Source: Candidatus Limnocylindrales bacterium (GTDB lineage: Bacteria; Chloroflexota; Limnocylindria; Limnocylindrales; CSP1-4). Taken from it: 64,000 nt of DNA. The notes below the pieces were generated by a model. That model made no database searches and had not been told where the DNA came from. It saw only the letters and a list, made by a program, of their open reading frames with translations. The position numbers were made by a program, and so were the translations under genes. This document shows, piece by piece, positions 60,536 through 64,000 of this stretch. The DNA lies in NCBI GenBank assembly GCA_038204565.1, contig JBBRCU010000007.1, positions 13,026 through 77,025 of the forward strand, given 5' to 3'. How positions within the stretch are numbered: the stretch's first letter is position 1; each line of letters starts with the position of its first letter.

Positions 60536-61387
60536 GTGGTGGCCGACACGGCGGAGATCGGGGTCTTCGGGGGCTCGGGTTTCTACTCCCTCCTCGACGA
60601 CGTCCGCGAGATCAAGGTCGACACGCCGTACGGCCCGCCGTCCGACTCGTTCTTCCTGGCCACGGTCGGCGGCCGCAAGGTCGCGTTCCTGCCGCGTCAC
60701 GGGCGACGCCATACGATCCCGCCGCATCGGATCAACTACCGGGCGAACGTCTGGGCGATGCGCTCGCTCGGCGTCAAGGCGGTGATCTCGCCGTGCGCCG
60801 CGGGCTCGCTCCAGCGCGAGGTGAAGCCCGGTGATTTCGTGCTGTGCGACCAGTTCGTCGATCGGACCTACGGCCGCGAATGCACGTTCTTCGACGGCCC
60901 GATCGTCAGCCACGTCTCGGCGGCCGACATCTACGACCCGGTCCTGCGGGGCGTCGCCGCCGACGTGATCCGCGAACACGGGATCCCGTTCCACGAGCGG
61001 GGCACGATCGTGATCATCAACGGCCCGCGCTTCTCGACGAAGGCGGAGTCCAAGTGGTTCAGCGACGCCGGCTGGGAGGTCATCTCGATGACCCAGTATC
61101 CCGAGGCGTACCTCTGCCGCGAGTTGGGGATGGCCGTCGTCAACATCGCCCTGATCACCGACTACGACGCCGGCGTCCTCGAGGGCACGGAGGCGGTCGA
61201 CGCCCGATCGGTCCTCGAGGTGTTCTCGCAGAACGCCGAGCGGATCCAGCAGGTCGTGCTCGACATGATCGAACGGTTCCCGGCTGACCTCGACGCGCTC
61301 GGGGCACGGGCGGCCCTCGAGCACACCCGCGGCGATGGGCACGCCGCCTCGGCCGAGGACATCCGCCTGTTCGAGACCGGGCTGTGA
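60536..61387 (+). CDS. mtnP: S-methyl-5'-thioadenosine phosphorylase
   Basis: IGVFGGSGFY, TPYGPPSD, FLPRHGRRHTIPPHRINYRANVWAMRSLGV are MTAP/PNP family motifs. The GTG at 60536 is 9 nt after AGGAGG. Confidence 0.8.
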   Translation: MVADTAEIGVFGGSGFYSLLDDVREIKVDTPYGPPSDSFFLATVGGRKVAFLPRHGRRHTIPPHRINYRANVWAMRSLGVKAVISPCAAGSLQREVKPGDFVLCDQFVDRTYGRECTFFDGPIVSHVSAADIYDPVLRGVAADVIREHGIPFHERGTIVIINGPRFSTKAESKWFSDAGWEVISMTQYPEAYLCRELGMAVVNIALITDYDAGVLEGTEAVDARSVLEVFSQNAERIQQVVLDMIERFPADLDALGARAALEHTRGDGHAASAEDIRLFETGL

Positions 61388-62265
61388 GCGAGCACCCGCA
61401 GGCGCCAACGCCGCCGTCGGCTGCCAGGCCAGACGGCCTCCCGATCGGGGTCACGATCCGGACGATCCGGGCCGACCCCGCCTGGTGGCTCGCGAGCGCT
61501 CGGCGGCTCGACGCGGCGGGCTATGCCGGCGTCTGGGCGTGGGACCACTTCATGGGCCGCGGCGATGTCAGCGTCCCGGTCGTCGAAGGGCCGACGATCC
61601 TGGCGATGGCCGCCGGCGCCACCCAGCGGATGACCGTCGGAACGTTCGTCGCCAACGTGATGAACCGCCATCCCGCGGTGCTGGCCCGGATGGCATCGAC
61701 CCTCCAGATCGCGAGCGGCGGCCGGTTCGTCCTCGGGATCGGGATCGGCGGCCATCCAAAGGAGCACGCGGCGTATGGATTGGCGTTCCCCGCCGCCACC
61801 GAGCGGGCGGCCCGGCTCGAGGAGGCGATCGCGGTGATCCGGGCGCTCTGGAGCGGCGGCCCCGTGACCCGCGACTCGGCGTTCTACCCGCTCCATGAGG
61901 CGGCGGCGTTCCCCGTCCCGACACCACCGCCGCCGATCCTCATCGGCGGCGAGACTGCGGCCGGAGCGCGCCTTGCCGGCCGGATCGGCGACGGCTGGTC
62001 GGCCTTCGACGACAACTTCGAGCAGAACCTGCCGCTCTATCTCGAAGCGCTCGCGGCCTCTGGCCGGGCGCGGGTGGACCAGCTCGTCCTGGTCGGGTTC
62101 CAGGGCGACTGGCTGGGCGACGCCGACATCGCCGAGACCGAGTGGGTCCGGGAACCGCGCGCGGCGTGGCAGCGCTGGCGCGAGAAGGGCGCCGACGGGG
62201 CGATCGTCCTCGCTCGGACCACGGCCGATGTCGACGCGCTGGTCGATGCGGTTGCCGGCTGGTAG
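61384..62265 (+). CDS. LLM-class F420-dependent oxidoreductase
   Basis: GYAGVWAWDHFM, RMTVGTFVANVMNRHPAVLA, RFVLGIGIGGHPKEHAAYG and PILIGGETAAGARLAGRIGDG. The GTG overlaps the mtnP stop. Confidence 0.7.
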   Translation: MSEHPQAPTPPSAARPDGLPIGVTIRTIRADPAWWLASARRLDAAGYAGVWAWDHFMGRGDVSVPVVEGPTILAMAAGATQRMTVGTFVANVMNRHPAVLARMASTLQIASGGRFVLGIGIGGHPKEHAAYGLAFPAATERAARLEEAIAVIRALWSGGPVTRDSAFYPLHEAAAFPVPTPPPPILIGGETAAGARLAGRIGDGWSAFDDNFEQNLPLYLEALAASGRARVDQLVLVGFQGDWLGDADIAETEWVREPRAAWQRWREKGADGAIVLARTTADVDALVDAVAGW

Positions 62266-62386
62266 GGATGGCGCCGCTGCGCGGCCCGGCCGGGACGGCG
62301 CGAACGGCCGAAACCACCTCGAGGTTCCGGCTCGCTCGACCCGCTGATTCCAGACAGACCGGTTCCGTGGCACCATCGAGCGTGCG

Positions 62387-62866
62387 ATGACCGCCCCGCT
62401 CACGACTCCCGCCCGACCGGCCAAGACCCACCCATGCGCCCGCTGCGGGGCGCCGGTCGCCCTCGGCGTCGGTCTGTGCGACCGCTGCAATCCGCTCGGG
62501 CTCAAGGACAGCGCCAGCTCCCAGGTCCACGGATCGGTCCTGCTCGCGGTCGGCCTTGCGATCGCCGGCCTCGCGATCGCGGCCCACTTTGCCGTCGCCG
62601 GGATCGGCCCGTTCACCGCCCGGGTGACCTCGATGTCGCCCGGCCCGGACGCCGGCAGCCTGATCGCCACGATCGAGGCCCGCAACGACGGCCAGGCAGC
62701 TGGCACCGCGACCTGCCGCCTGACCGACCCGCTCGATCCGGCACTGATCCATGTCTCGGTCGTGTACAGCCCCAAGATCGCCCCGGGCGAGACCCGGACG
62801 TTCAGCCAGGAGGTTGGCTTCGGCAGCCCCGACCGGCTGCTCGCCGTCGTCTGCAACGGCCCGTGA
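62387..62866 (+). CDS. hypothetical zinc-ribbon membrane protein
   Basis: N-terminal CARCGAPVALGVGLCDRCNP (Cys4), one TM helix (VLLAVGLAIAGLAIAAHFAVAG), and a ~90 aa extracytoplasmic domain. Confidence 0.4.
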   Translation: MTAPLTTPARPAKTHPCARCGAPVALGVGLCDRCNPLGLKDSASSQVHGSVLLAVGLAIAGLAIAAHFAVAGIGPFTARVTSMSPGPDAGSLIATIEARNDGQAAGTATCRLTDPLDPALIHVSVVYSPKIAPGETRTFSQEVGFGSPDRLLAVVCNGP

Positions 62867-62908
62867 CGGACGGCGCCGCAGCCTCCGCGCCCGGGGGCGC
62901 CGCGCCGG

Positions 62909-63774
62909 ACATGCCGGACATGCCCGACGTGCCGGGAGCCGCTGAGCGCTCGCGTTGGGCTGCCGAACTCGCCTTCGCGATCGAGACGGCGCGGGCGGCC
63001 GGGGCGATCCTGATGGACCACTACGAGCGGCTCGAGCGGATCGACCACAAGAGCCCGACCGACGTCGTCACCGAGGCCGACCACCTGTCGGAGGAACTCG
63101 TGATCGCGGCGATCCGGCGGCAGTTCGCCGGCGACGCGATCCTCGCCGAGGAGTCCGGGGCCCACGCCGCCTCAGCGGTTCTTGGGGACGGGGACGGCCC
63201 TCCGCCCGGCCGCGTCGGCGCCGCGCGGACGTGGGTGATCGACCCGCTCGACGGGACCGTCAACTACGCCAACGGCCTGCCCGTCTTCTGCGTCTCGATC
63301 GGGTTCGTCGAGGACGGCCAGCCCGTCGCGGGCGTGGTCCTCGACCCGACCCGGAACGAGCTGTTCGCGGCCACGGCCGATGGCCCGGCCACCTTGAACG
63401 GCCGCCCGATCCGGTCGTCGGGCAAGGACAAGCTGACCGATTGCGTCGTGTCGCTCGCACTGTCCGGCCGGTCGGTCAGCAGCCGCGTCCGGTCGATCAG
63501 CAAGGAGATCCGGGTCTGGCGCTCGATGGGCTCGGCAGCCCTCGCCCTGGCCTACGTCGGCAATGGCCGCTTCGACGCGTTCATCCAGGAGTCGAGCCTG
63601 TCGGCGTGGGACATCGCTGCGGCCGGGCTGGTGGCCCAGCGCGCCGGGGCGACGGTGACCGATCTCCGGGGCGGCCCGTGGTACGCCCCGGAGACCGTGA
63701 CCCGCACGGTCGGGCTGATCGCTGCTCCAGCGCCATTCCAGTCGCGGTTCCTGGACCTCGCCAACCGGCGCTGA
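62909..63774 (+). CDS. inositol monophosphatase family protein (SuhB/ImpA/CysQ-like)
   Basis: EADHLSEELVIAAIRRQF, WVIDPLDGTVNYANGLP and WDIAAAGLV are IMPase motifs. Start at the ATG at 62909 (MPDMPD repeat), or the GTG at 62863 overlapping the upstream stop. Confidence 0.8.
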
Positions 63775-63823
63775 CCCGCGGCGCGGCGCTGGCGGCCCGG
63801 CGCCGGTCAGGTGGGCCGGTCGA

Positions 63824-64000
63824 TCAGTCGTCCAGCCAGCGATGCGGACGGGCGCGCAGCCGGCCGAGCTTCCATTCGTCGCAGAACGCCTGCCACGGGC
63901 GGCGCGGCGCACCGCGCCATTCCAGCTCGGCCGCAGTTCGCTGCGGCAAAGGAGCGTCGAGGCGAAGCCGGGCCAGGGTCCGATACAGGATCGCCGCGTC
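63824..64000 (-). CDS. partial CDS (C-terminal 58 aa), hypothetical; the gene continues beyond the window end
   Basis: The reverse strand reads ...ILYRTLARLRLDAPLPQRTAAELEWRGAPRRPWQAFCDEWKLGRLRARPHRWLDD then stop. It is convergent with the IMPase gene. No family recognised. Confidence 0.3.
   Translation of the reverse strand, partial: DAAILYRTLARLRLDAPLPQRTAAELEWRGAPRRPWQAFCDEWKLGRLRARPHRWLDD

Overview
This is a high-GC (~70%) chromosomal window with actinobacterial-style gene organisation. GTG/TTG starts are frequent, adjacent genes often overlap as ATGA/GTGA/TGATG, and the GC bias produces many long spurious antisense ORFs. I found no rRNA, tRNA, CRISPR array or obvious IS/transposase. I can support about 60 genes, in this order. 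(1) A galactoside-utilisation locus on the minus strand: a GH36 alpha-galactosidase N-terminus running off the window, a GH2 beta-galactosidase, two sugar ABC permeases and a solute-binding lipoprotein, with a divergent DeoR regulator and galT. (2) argH and adenosine deaminase. (3) A 3' remnant of an ammonium transporter gene with its terminator hairpin, then an MFS exporter and a TelA-like protein. (4) An arginine operon argC-argJ-argB-argR-argG in which argD and argF are absent, with a tandem ARG-box-like palindrome upstream of argC. (5) An OsmC-like protein, an acyltransferase-3/SGNH protein and a TrxB-like reductase carrying a disordered N-terminal extension. (6) An ABC-2 exporter pair and a GGDEF protein with an unassigned N-terminal domain. 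(7) A short stretch of gene debris: a lipoprotein signal-peptide fragment and an MFS C-terminal fragment. (8) A DUF4242 protein, a secreted protein, and a membrane-anchored vWA-FN3-FN3 protein. (9) An RqlH-like RecQ helicase, a TetR regulator with a DHA2 pump flanked by two near-identical operator palindromes, and ArsR/SRPBCC stress proteins. (10) UvrD2 with an HRDC domain, and an ECF sigma/anti-sigma pair. (11) A coenzyme F420 island: cofE, cofC, cofD, an F420-dependent glucose-6-phosphate dehydrogenase, a PPOX-class enzyme and several LLM oxidoreductases. A 5'-truncated, frameshifted OmpR-type response-regulator pseudogene is wedged between lysE and cofD. (12) An EAL phosphodiesterase, a DUF1684 protein, MTA phosphorylase and an inositol monophosphatase. 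The most interesting unexplained content is the orphan vWA-FN3 membrane protein with its two small co-directional partners, the multiple gene remnants, and the GGDEF/EAL proteins with unassigned N-terminal domains. All identifications are by eye from motifs. Coordinates may be off by 1-3 nt where start codons are ambiguous.
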